Source: Candidatus Heimdallarchaeota archaeon
Lineage (GTDB): Archaea > Asgardarchaeota > Heimdallarchaeia > Heimdallarchaeales > Heimdallarchaeaceae
Length of the DNA: 25,906 bases
NCBI GenBank assembly: GCA_016839945.1
Contig: JAEOTE010000030.1
Location: 1-25,906, forward strand
Direction: 5' to 3'
In this document: positions 1-8,004 of the stretch, piece after piece
How the letters are laid out: each line of letters begins with the position of its first letter
Numbering within the stretch: the first letter of the stretch is position 1
Translations under genes and position numbers: made by a program
Notes under the pieces: model-generated
Databases searched by the model: none
What the model was told of the DNA's origin: nothing
Seen by the model: only the letters and a program-made list of their open reading frames with translations

Positions 1-329
1 AAAGTGTGGAAAGTAACCTTATCTGAATAAATGTTAATTTCATAAAATAAAAGAGCTGCAGTTGCTAATGTAGCATGACCACAGAGATTTACTTCTATCT
101 TAGGAGTAAACCACCTTAGTTTAAAGGAATCTATTTCTTTTATATTTGAACCTTCAGGGACATAGAGAAAAGCTGTTTCTGATAAATTCATTTCAGCTGC
201 AATCTTTTGCAAAATATCATCAGGAAACTCTTTATTTATAATACAGATTGCTGCTGGATTACCTCTAAAAGCTTGATCAGTAAAAGCATCTATCTGATAA
301 ATTGGAATTTTTTCACCATATTCTTCCAT
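1..329 (-). CDS. PhzF family (phenazine biosynthesis-like) epimerase/isomerase, 3' end outside window
   Basis: Not in the ORF track. Manual translation from ATG 329: MEEYGEKIPIYQIDAFTDQAFRGNPAAICII...IAAEMNLSETAFL...LRWFTPKIEVNLCGHATLATA. The DAFT...GNPA, NLSETAF and RWFTP.EV.LCGHAT motifs are PhzF signatures. GAGG lies upstream. Confidence 0.93.
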   Translation of the reverse strand, partial: MEEYGEKIPIYQIDAFTDQAFRGNPAAICIINKEFPDDILQKIAAEMNLSETAFLYVPEGSNIKEIDSFKLRWFTPKIEVNLCGHATLATAALLFYEINIYSDKVTFHT

Positions 330-453
330 TTTGATCCTCATTTTTTTCTTATTCTTGATAGAAGTTTGCTTGGAAATTTATTAATTGTGTGGATGTGTAC
401 AAAGTTAAATTGATTGATTTTATTAGAAGGGATTACAGATTTTTACTTATATT

Positions 454-470
454 GGAAAAACTTTATGTAT
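454..470 (+). promoter_or_regulatory. Putative archaeal BRE-TATA promoter of the S8 protease gene (probably leaderless mRNA)
   Basis: GGAAAAA-C-TTTATGTA centred about 25 nt upstream of ATG 491, with no SD motif in between. Confidence 0.5.
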
Positions 471-490
471 GACATTAAGAACAAAATCCT

Positions 491-3463
491 ATGAAACGAA
501 AAGCAATTTTCAGCATTTTGCTGATAACGATATTCATTGTACAAATCAGTTCTCTTATGACAACTGAAGCACAAATAGATATTACGGATTTAAAACTGGA
601 AGATGATATTCAGATTCCAGTCATAGAGAAAATTACTGATTCAATGAGAACATATGTTCTTCATTTCGAATCAAAAAGCTACTACAACAACTTTGTTAGT
701 GCATTTACACCAAAACTCGAATTTCCAAATTTGAAAATGGTAGCAATAGATGAGTGGTTGAGTATGAAACCTATCTTAGAGAGCATTGAAGGGGTTGATG
801 GAGTTTTTGATGTAACCAATGCTGATAGACATAAAATAACACCTCCTGAAGATGCTGGTTTTACTGTAATAAGTCAAGACGAAGTGAAGAAAACAATTAC
901 TACAAAGAATATAATCAATCTACAACCGTTGTGGTCTCTTAATTACAAAGGTGCAGGCATTAGGATTATGATAGTAGACTCAGGTATTAACACTGCACAC
1001 GTAGATTTTACGGGAAGAATCGATTTTACTGATAGCAAATCATTTGTTTACAAGATATATGGACATGATGTTGACGATCCCTCAATTGAGGATACAGATG
1101 AGCATGGAACTCACTGTGCCGGAATTGCAGCTGGAAGTGGAGCAGGAAATCCTGACTATATAGGTATGGCACCACAAGCAGAAATTGTTGTAGCTCGTAT
1201 AAGCCAAGGTGGAGGTGCCTCTGCACTGCCTTTCATAGCTGCATACGAGTATGCTCTTTCCCTTGGTGATATTGATGTTGTATCATGCAGTTGGGGAGGT
1301 GCTGATCAGGAAGGATTAGAAGCTGATGAACTTGCAATAGAAGAACTTGTTAAACAGGGTGTAGTTTATACAACATCTTGTGGTAACAGTGGTCCAGATT
1401 ATCATACAGTTGATGGCTCACTTAATGGTATATCTGTTGCAGCAATACATAACAACGGTTTGTTAGTTGATTATAGCTCGAGAGGTCCAACTGCTGATGG
1501 ACATCCTAAACCTGACATAGCAGCTCCTGGATTTGATATTTGGAGTTGTGGAATAGGTAGTTCAACAGCTTATGCATCCTATGGTGGTACTTCAATGGCT
1601 AATCCACACATTGCAGGTGCAGCAGCTTGTTTGATTGATGCTTTACAAGGTTTAGCTATCCCGTATGATGCTGGACTCATAAAAACAGCTTTAATGAAAG
1701 CTGCTAACCCAGGAATCTACAATTACCTTCAAGTTGGAGGAGGAGTTGCTAACCTTGGAAACTCTTTAAATCTCATTCAAACTGCAGCAACTAACGGATC
1801 AGGTTTTCCAACAATTCTTTGGGCTGTTCCCTCTATGCCTATAAGTGAATTTGAAATTATACCTCAAGGTTTCCATCACGATTTCTACTTCCAATCAGTT
1901 TCCTCAACACCTTGGGAAGACTTGGCTCCAGTAGTTTCAGGCAACATTACAACTATAATGACACTGAATACAACATCTTGGACAGAACTTTGGACTAAAA
2001 ATTATTTTGCATCAATAAATGTCGCTGATGATGCGACTCTAGGTGTCTATGATGGGTATGTTACTTTTGAAACAGCAGCTGGTGTAAATGATACCACATA
2101 TGTCAAATTTGAAATTATCGAGGGTAAAGCAAAACTCCTTATGCCTAAATTTTATAATGACTGGGGACAAGATCATATTCTTGGACAGTTCATCTATCCA
2201 TTGTTAGAGCTGTTAGATCAAGGTGTTGCAGTTAATGAATATTCTACATGGAACATAACAGGTGAAAAGAACATAATTACTCCAGAACTTCTAGCTGAAT
2301 ATGATGCTATCTTTATGTCTGACATATTTGATTTCTCATTTGATGCAGCATTACAACCATATCATACTAGATATCTCCTAGCAAGTGAGAACTTAGCTAT
2401 ACAGCAATACATTGCTGATGGAGGAGGATTGTTTGTAGTTCTTAATGGACAGAGTTTCAACTATGATTATGCTATTACAATGGGCAACAATATAACCATG
2501 GCAAATGAGCTACTCAATCCATATGGTATAGATGTTTCAGATGAACTTTTCTCTTTTGAAGATCCTGTAAAAATTGCTCCTATAGGTTATCACCCATTAA
2601 CTGATGGAGTAAATTATATTGATCATTATGGTACAACACTTTCTGTTACAGGTGATACACAAATACTCTTCAAGTATGAAGGTGAAGGAACTGTTGCAGC
2701 TTATGAAAACTCTAACGGAGGACGTGTTGTAGCAGTTACTACAAACTTCTTCATGGACACCTTTGGATATTTAGAACTATACAATGATATCACTCAAAAT
2801 GCCGTTTTCACAATGAACGTCTTTAATTCTTTGTTAGCTAAAGAGAAGATTTTGGGTAATTATACTGAGGATGCAACAGGAGCTACTTTTAACATACAAT
2901 CAATTGACACTAGTGCAGTATTATCAGCTGAAGTTAAGAAAACAACACCTACAGGAACAAGCACATCTCTTGTTACACTAACTGCAGGCGGAATACCAGG
3001 CGCATATACATATAGACTAGATTATACTGATGATGCTATCTACAAATTCTCTGTAACAAGTGCAGATGATTTATACACTATGACATTCTTGTATGATAAG
3101 ACTCCCCCAGTAGTAAATACTGGAGGTTGGGTGAATAACACAGTATCAGAAAGCGTCAGAATGGAGTTTGCTGTTGTTGATGCATTACTACCTATAACTT
3201 CAATTAGCGTTACACTTAATGGAGAATTTGTTACACTTAGTGGTTCAGGTAAATCTAGAACATTTTCCATTCTTACAACAGACTTTATAGATGGAGATAA
3301 TATCCTAAAAATAGTTGCTACTGATCAAGCAGGAAACAAAGTGGATGCTACATATGTAATTCCAACATCAACAAAAGGAAGCCCCATTTCCACATTTGCT
3401 GTTCTACTTGGTATATTATCTTTAGCTTCTATTGTAACAGCTATAAAACGTAAAAGAAAATAA
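491..3463 (+). CDS. Secreted, membrane-anchored subtilisin-like serine protease (S8) with accessory GATase-like/DUF4350-like and Ig-like domains
   Basis: Signal peptide MKRKAIFSILLITIF. Catalytic motifs VDSGI, HGTHCAG, GNSG (oxyanion Asn) and GTSMANPHIAG. Middle domain LAEYDAIF...IQQYIADGGGLFV; Ig-like DKTPP...ATDQAGN; C-terminal TM helix plus KRKRK tail. Confidence 0.95.
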   Translation: MKRKAIFSILLITIFIVQISSLMTTEAQIDITDLKLEDDIQIPVIEKITDSMRTYVLHFESKSYYNNFVSAFTPKLEFPNLKMVAIDEWLSMKPILESIEGVDGVFDVTNADRHKITPPEDAGFTVISQDEVKKTITTKNIINLQPLWSLNYKGAGIRIMIVDSGINTAHVDFTGRIDFTDSKSFVYKIYGHDVDDPSIEDTDEHGTHCAGIAAGSGAGNPDYIGMAPQAEIVVARISQGGGASALPFIAAYEYALSLGDIDVVSCSWGGADQEGLEADELAIEELVKQGVVYTTSCGNSGPDYHTVDGSLNGISVAAIHNNGLLVDYSSRGPTADGHPKPDIAAPGFDIWSCGIGSSTAYASYGGTSMANPHIAGAAACLIDALQGLAIPYDAGLIKTALMKAANPGIYNYLQVGGGVANLGNSLNLIQTAATNGSGFPTILWAVPSMPISEFEIIPQGFHHDFYFQSVSSTPWEDLAPVVSGNITTIMTLNTTSWTELWTKNYFASINVADDATLGVYDGYVTFETAAGVNDTTYVKFEIIEGKAKLLMPKFYNDWGQDHILGQFIYPLLELLDQGVAVNEYSTWNITGEKNIITPELLAEYDAIFMSDIFDFSFDAALQPYHTRYLLASENLAIQQYIADGGGLFVVLNGQSFNYDYAITMGNNITMANELLNPYGIDVSDELFSFEDPVKIAPIGYHPLTDGVNYIDHYGTTLSVTGDTQILFKYEGEGTVAAYENSNGGRVVAVTTNFFMDTFGYLELYNDITQNAVFTMNVFNSLLAKEKILGNYTEDATGATFNIQSIDTSAVLSAEVKKTTPTGTSTSLVTLTAGGIPGAYTYRLDYTDDAIYKFSVTSADDLYTMTFLYDKTPPVVNTGGWVNNTVSESVRMEFAVVDALLPITSISVTLNGEFVTLSGSGKSRTFSILTTDFIDGDNILKIVATDQAGNKVDATYVIPTSTKGSPISTFAVLLGILSLASIVTAIKRKRK

Positions 3464-3492
3464 TTTCTTTTTCTCTTTTTCTTCTTTTTTTT
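3464..3492 (+). terminator. Archaeal oligo-T/pyrimidine-rich terminator
   Basis: 29-nt pure T/C tract directly after the stop codon at 3463. Confidence 0.7.
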
Positions 3493-3585
3493 ATGGAAAG
3501 TTTTAACAATCTTGAAGTATCTTTTAAAACAAATACTTGTTATATTGATACATATAACCTCGAAAAAAGAGACAACTTGATCAAA

Positions 3586-4236
3586 ATGGCTTTAGCTAAA
3601 GGAACTGAAAAAATTATTCTTCTCTTGAGTTCATTAGTCGTAATTTTCTGTGCATGTATGATCATATTCTGGCATGTTTTTGACATCTATTGGCAATTTG
3701 CTTTTGTTGCTATTATTTTGGTTTGTTATACTTTTGTTATCTGGTCATTCCGAAATCCATCGAGAGAAATTACCAGAGACACTAAAAACATCCTTTCACC
3801 TGCTGATGGTAAAATTACTGAACTAAAAGAAACAAAGAAGGGTCCTTATTGTGTTATTCGAATGTCTCCTTTTGATGTTCATATGAATCGTAGTCCTATT
3901 GATGGTATTGTAATAAAAACTGAATTCAAAAAAGGTTCTCATTGGCCAGTATATTTTCAAAATTATGCCAAGAAGAATCAAAGAAATATGATTGAGATTT
4001 TTAATGAAGAAGAAAATATCAGAGCAATAATAACACAAGTTTCTGGTATCTTCGCAAGAAGAACCTTAGCTTATGTTAAAAAAGGAGATGTTGTTAACCA
4101 AGGAGATATTATTGGAACAATACATTTCGGTTCCATAACAAGTTTGGAGATAATAACCACAAAAAAGTTTAAAACAATCCAACCATCTTCATTGTCAGCT
4201 AAAGCTGGATTAACAATCATAGCAACAGAAGGATAA
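3586..4236 (+). CDS. psd: Phosphatidylserine (archaetidylserine) decarboxylase proenzyme
   Basis: N-terminal TM helices; FRNP, SPADG and MSPFDVHMNRSPIDG motifs; self-cleavage motif HFGS. Start moved from 3493 (abutting the terminator) to ATG 3586 (MALAKG). Confidence 0.92.
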   Translation: MALAKGTEKIILLLSSLVVIFCACMIIFWHVFDIYWQFAFVAIILVCYTFVIWSFRNPSREITRDTKNILSPADGKITELKETKKGPYCVIRMSPFDVHMNRSPIDGIVIKTEFKKGSHWPVYFQNYAKKNQRNMIEIFNEEENIRAIITQVSGIFARRTLAYVKKGDVVNQGDIIGTIHFGSITSLEIITTKKFKTIQPSSLSAKAGLTIIATEG

Positions 4237-4249
4237 AACATGTGATTTA

Positions 4250-5023
4250 ATGACTTGGGAAGAGGTAAGCTTTTTACAAAAACCGTGGATAAAAAAAGGT
4301 TCTTGGATCTTAGCAAATCTACTAACATTCTTTAATGTTTGCTTGGCAATAGTTGGTATAATTTTTATCTTTATTGCACCTAATCCAGAACAGTATGTTT
4401 TCTGGTTTGCAAAAATCCTTGCAGTTTGTTCAATTTTTGATTTTGCTGATGGAAAACTTGCTAGAATTAGTGGAAGTAAGAAACTCGCTGTAGATATAGA
4501 TACAATTGTTGATGCTATTGCTTTTGGTCTCTTTCCTGCAATTTATTTAGGATTTCTTGTATCAAAATGGGAGATTGCTCTATCGTTAAGTATCCTTGCA
4601 GCTATAGCAACAGCTGTAATATATGCAGGTTCTGTATGGTATAGACTTTATCGCTTCTTGAAACGAGATCCATTTTACACACCATATTTTGATGGATTAC
4701 CTTGTCCCTTTGCTGCAATGGTTGTTGCATGTTTAGTTATTTTTCCTGGCACACCAGCTTGGGTTATTATGGTATCTTCTATAATCATATCAGGTTTTAT
4801 GTTGTCAAAGATTCCTCTTCCTTCGTTTAAAGGAGTCCCTTCTATGTTTGATTTATATTGGATCATTACTACAACTATTTTTGTTGTACTTTTTGCTGTT
4901 TTCCCATTCGACTGGATGGTATATCCAACTTATGGTATCGCTGTTTATATGATAGTTTACTTAATATTTGGACCTGGATATGCCATTAGATTAGAAAAAG
5001 AAATGAAAGGAAAGTTAGAATAA
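4250..5023 (+). CDS. pssA: CDP-alcohol phosphatidyltransferase, phosphatidylserine/archaetidylserine synthase (PssA type)
   Basis: ANLLT, DFADGKLAR...DIDTIVDAIAFG, RLYRF, FDGLPCP and SKIPLPSFK motifs; multi-TM; 13 nt downstream of psd. Confidence 0.88.
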   Translation: MTWEEVSFLQKPWIKKGSWILANLLTFFNVCLAIVGIIFIFIAPNPEQYVFWFAKILAVCSIFDFADGKLARISGSKKLAVDIDTIVDAIAFGLFPAIYLGFLVSKWEIALSLSILAAIATAVIYAGSVWYRLYRFLKRDPFYTPYFDGLPCPFAAMVVACLVIFPGTPAWVIMVSSIIISGFMLSKIPLPSFKGVPSMFDLYWIITTTIFVVLFAVFPFDWMVYPTYGIAVYMIVYLIFGPGYAIRLEKEMKGKLE

Positions 5024-5035
5024 AATAATATAGAC

Positions 5036-6085
5036 TTATTTTGTCAATTTGGTTTGTGCTATTTGCTCAAATCCTAGAGCATTGGACATAACTACATCCT
5101 TTGGCATAATGACTTCATCTATTTTTTTAACGATATTAGCTTCAAAGAATGCTTCTTTGAGATAACTGCCAAAGACATAAGCTCCTCCACCACAGACTAT
5201 AACCTTTTCAATCCATGCATCAGGAGGAAGGTTGTTTAGTAATCTATTGCTTTCATCGACTATTACATCTGCTATAGAAGCAACAGCTTGATCCATTGCA
5301 GCACTAATATCCAATGCTTTTCCTCCTACTAGAATATTGCTCTTTCCTTGTTCAATAGCTGCCATCAAATCAAAAGGTCTAACTATTTTTTGTGCTTTTT
5401 CTTGTATAGCTCTTGCTAGCGCACTTGTAAGACTATCAACAGCTTCTTCAAGCGAACCAGAAGCAGCTCTCATCATATTTCCTTTATACATACAGAGAAT
5501 ATCTGTAGTTCCATGTCCTATATCTACAATAATTGAATCAACAGCTGTTTGAACTCCACTAGTTTTCAATGTATGCCAATAGGTACCATAAGGTTCCGGA
5601 GCTATGAAAACTTGTTCCACTAAAATCTTCATTTGTTTTGATTCTCCAGTAGAATCATTGCGGATTTTTATTTCATGTGTTCCTTTCAAACCTCTACTTA
5701 ATTGTTTACTCTCATCTGTACCAGTTGCAATCGGAACACCTGTTGCAACAACAAATTGTTCATAATTAGATTGCATGATCAAACTCAAAACTGCTTTTAA
5801 TGCAAGTAAACTATTTTCAATAGATTTCATTTTACCTTCAGAAGCTAATGGTTTTCTTATCTCGCTTTGAAGTCTTGCTAATTCACCAATATATACTTCT
5901 TGTCCTTTTGAATCTTCAATAATTAGATTGTTCAACCAACTCTTATCCTGGGACATTCCTTGCCATCCAGGATTAGGAGTACCTATTACTGATGGGATTC
6001 TATATTTCTTATCTTGACAAGTTAATTTAATCGTACTAGTTCCTAAATCAATTCCAACTGCATTAGTCATAGGTGCAATAGGCAT
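5036..6085 (-). CDS. Actin-like ATPase, ParM/StbA (Ta0583-like) family
   Basis: Phosphate-1 GIDLGTSTIK, YIGELA, VATGVP, connect-1 PEPYG, phosphate-2 VDIGHGTTD, adenosine VCGGGA, connect-2 SNALGF. GGTGA SD at 6091-6095. Confidence 0.9.
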   Translation of the reverse strand: MPIAPMTNAVGIDLGTSTIKLTCQDKKYRIPSVIGTPNPGWQGMSQDKSWLNNLIIEDSKGQEVYIGELARLQSEIRKPLASEGKMKSIENSLLALKAVLSLIMQSNYEQFVVATGVPIATGTDESKQLSRGLKGTHEIKIRNDSTGESKQMKILVEQVFIAPEPYGTYWHTLKTSGVQTAVDSIIVDIGHGTTDILCMYKGNMMRAASGSLEEAVDSLTSALARAIQEKAQKIVRPFDLMAAIEQGKSNILVGGKALDISAAMDQAVASIADVIVDESNRLLNNLPPDAWIEKVIVCGGGAYVFGSYLKEAFFEANIVKKIDEVIMPKDVVMSNALGFEQIAQTKLTK

Positions 6086-6118
6086 CTAATTCACCACGGT
6101 TACTTACTCATTTTTTCA

Positions 6119-6128
6119 TTATTTAAAC
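6119..6128 (-). promoter_or_regulatory. TATA box of the actin-like gene
   Basis: GTTTAAATAA on the minus strand about 35-40 nt upstream of ATG 6085. Confidence 0.55.
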
Positions 6129-6434
6129 TGTTTGTTCGGTTAATGTTGTATCAAAAGAAAAATTCGCTAAGTCTTTGATTACTTGACATATTATATTCCC
6201 AAAGTAGAAAGAATATTCTATTCTTGCTCTTTCCATTCTAGAAATTATAATCATCAATCATATATGTCGAAATACATATTTAAAGTCACAAAAAAGGATT
6301 AATTCCAATGAAATTTTATTTCTTTAATTATTAGAATCTATTTCCGACAAGAATTAGAAAAGTTGTAGCTTTCATTTCCAATTATTCGAATCCTTTTTTT
6401 ACAGAAGATAAGGTTTATAGGGCTTGTGGGTTAT

Positions 6435-6476
6435 GTTTATATAAGAGGTATATAAACTAGGAAAAAAGTATATAAA
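6435..6476 (+). promoter_or_regulatory. Palindromic operator-like site plus BRE-TATA upstream of the 187-aa gene
   Basis: GTTTATATA-N5-TATATAAAC perfect 9-bp inverted repeat (6435-6457); GTATATAAA repeated at 6448 and 6468; GAAAAAAG BRE-like element at 6461-6468. Confidence 0.6.
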
Positions 6477-6526
6477 TGCATGAGCTATCTTAAGGATGGA
6501 TAATCTATACCCCGAGGTGGGAAACT

Positions 6527-7090
6527 TTGGGAATATTCGAGCAAAAAATGGACGAACTGGAAATAAGGGCTGAAATTGATCGTGTGTTACGTCAGTCTGC
6601 AAAATACTTTACTATCAGTAATGGTAAAAGAGTTCGTTTGAATGAAGCTATCCGTTTAAGAGAGTTTAGCGCAATGCTAGGATTAATCATAGCATATTCA
6701 GCAGGATCTTTTATGAGTGTTGATCGACTGCGAATAGAAGGATTACATCCTGTTAGATATAAAAGAATAATAAACCGTTTAAACTGCTATAGTGGTCAAG
6801 TCAGTAGTGCTTTAGTGCTTGAACTACTTCGATTGCGTGATAATACAAAACTCAGTAAGTATGATCTTATTAAAGATGTACAAGGAAAATATTTCAGCAA
6901 CAAACCTGTTGGAACAAGAGACATTACAGAATCTCTCAATAGGATGTTACGAAAAACAATGGATGAATTTTTCTGGTTTGAGGATAGGTTCTTCAGAAGA
7001 GGTAACTTTGAGCTACGTTTGGTAGAAATTCCAAGAAATACTCCGTATGAACTCGCGAAAATAAGTCTGGATAACGTAATACAATTATAA
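6527..7090 (+). CDS. Hypothetical basic protein with probable C-terminal winged-helix DNA-binding domain
   Basis: TTG start with GAGGTG SD (6514-6519). Arg-rich. Helix pattern SALVLELLRLR / KLSKYDLIKDV / GTRDITESLNRML followed by strand-like segments. The fold is inferred. Confidence 0.65.
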   Translation: MGIFEQKMDELEIRAEIDRVLRQSAKYFTISNGKRVRLNEAIRLREFSAMLGLIIAYSAGSFMSVDRLRIEGLHPVRYKRIINRLNCYSGQVSSALVLELLRLRDNTKLSKYDLIKDVQGKYFSNKPVGTRDITESLNRMLRKTMDEFFWFEDRFFRRGNFELRLVEIPRNTPYELAKISLDNVIQL

Positions 7091-7192
7091 AATCAATTTC
7101 ATTATTTTTAAAAGATATTTTTTAGTTTGTTTTGCACTTTATGACTTAAATTCAATCCAATTATTGAAATGAATTTGATGTTTTCAACATCT

Positions 7193-7951
7193 TCAGATAT
7201 TTTGAAGATATTCCAATCTGTCTTCTACTACAAGTTGGGTTAGTTTTTGAATAGGTCTCACAATCAGCCTTACTGATTCAGGTCTTTTATCTACTCGCAA
7301 TCTGTTACTGTCATCGAAATAAGAATCTCTTTGGTTGGAATTCAAGATTTTCACTAAATCATTTCTTGCATCTAAACAACTACCTGTCATAACATGATTT
7401 GCAGCTTTATCACTTTGAATAGCACCTTCATCAATTAATTTTTTGATAATTTCTCTTTTATCTATTCTATCTTTAGCTGGTAAATCGGATTTGTTTATGT
7501 ATGCTACAACTGGAATTTTCTTACCAAACTTCTCACCTATTTTCTCTTTAGCTTCAAGTATTGTTGCATCGTTCATCTCTTTTGATGTTTTTTCGAAGTT
7601 CACTAGAAGAAGTACACCATCCACACCTTTCATTACAATATCTCTTTGAACCTTGTGTCTTTCTTCTCCAGGTGTGGTCCAGAGTTGATATCGTAAGCGA
7701 TCAAATTTCTTTCCTCTAAATGGAGGTGTTTGAAAAACTCCTTGATCGAAAAATACAGTTCTTCCAGAAAGATCTTGGATTTTGGTTAATGCAGAAACTA
7801 TAAGTTCTGGATTCTCCATTCTCCTTAGCGCATTGAATACTGTTAGCATGCTAGTTTTTCCACCTAAGGGAGGTCCGAAGAGTACTATTTTCATAGTGGG
7901 TTTTCCTTCCCTATCTACAGTGAAAATATCTGTAAGTCCCAATTGGCTCAT
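7193..7951 (-). CDS. MglA-like small GTPase (Ras superfamily) with C-terminal extension
   Basis: G1 GPPLGGKTS; MglA-type switch I RTVFFD; G3 variant LWTTPGE; KGVDGVLLLVN; G4 NKSD; G5-like GSC. Confidence 0.88.
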   Translation of the reverse strand: MSQLGLTDIFTVDREGKPTMKIVLFGPPLGGKTSMLTVFNALRRMENPELIVSALTKIQDLSGRTVFFDQGVFQTPPFRGKKFDRLRYQLWTTPGEERHKVQRDIVMKGVDGVLLLVNFEKTSKEMNDATILEAKEKIGEKFGKKIPVVAYINKSDLPAKDRIDKREIIKKLIDEGAIQSDKAANHVMTGSCLDARNDLVKILNSNQRDSYFDDSNRLRVDKRPESVRLIVRPIQKLTQLVVEDRLEYLQNI

Positions 7952-7972
7952 AAATAGATATCAGATGATTTC

Positions 7973-7982
7973 TTATTTAAAC
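7973..7982 (-). promoter_or_regulatory. TATA box of the GTPase gene (probably leaderless)
   Basis: GTTTAAATAA on the minus strand 22-31 nt upstream of ATG 7951. Confidence 0.55.
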
Positions 7983-8004
7983 ATATTCACAATCACAATG
8001 GAAC

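Noticed and set aside
207-413. 68-aa plus-strand ORF
   Set aside because: Antisense shadow of the clear PhzF gene on the minus strand.
3493-3585. N-terminal extension of psd in the ORF track
   Set aside because: Starts right at the oligo-T terminator and covers likely promoter sequence; ATG 3586 is more plausible.
5036-6085. Calling this gene eukaryote-like actin, crenactin or mreB
   Set aside because: TGVP, PEPYG and SNALGF motifs and the length fit ParM/StbA; actin-specific DNGSG, TEAPLNP and W.GGSI motifs are absent.
6086-6430. parC-like iteron array or ORB boxes in the actin-wHTH spacer
   Set aside because: No regular direct repeats were found; TTCCAATGAAA near 6303 does not fit mini-ORB spacing.
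6399-6602. 67-aa minus-strand ORF as a ParR candidate
   Set aside because: Overlaps the 187-aa gene and its promoter, with no ribbon-helix-helix pattern or convincing start signals.
6119-7982. Identical GTTTAAATAA upstream of both the actin and GTPase genes as evidence of co-regulation
   Set aside because: It is essentially the TATA consensus and expected by chance in promoters of an AT-rich archaeon.
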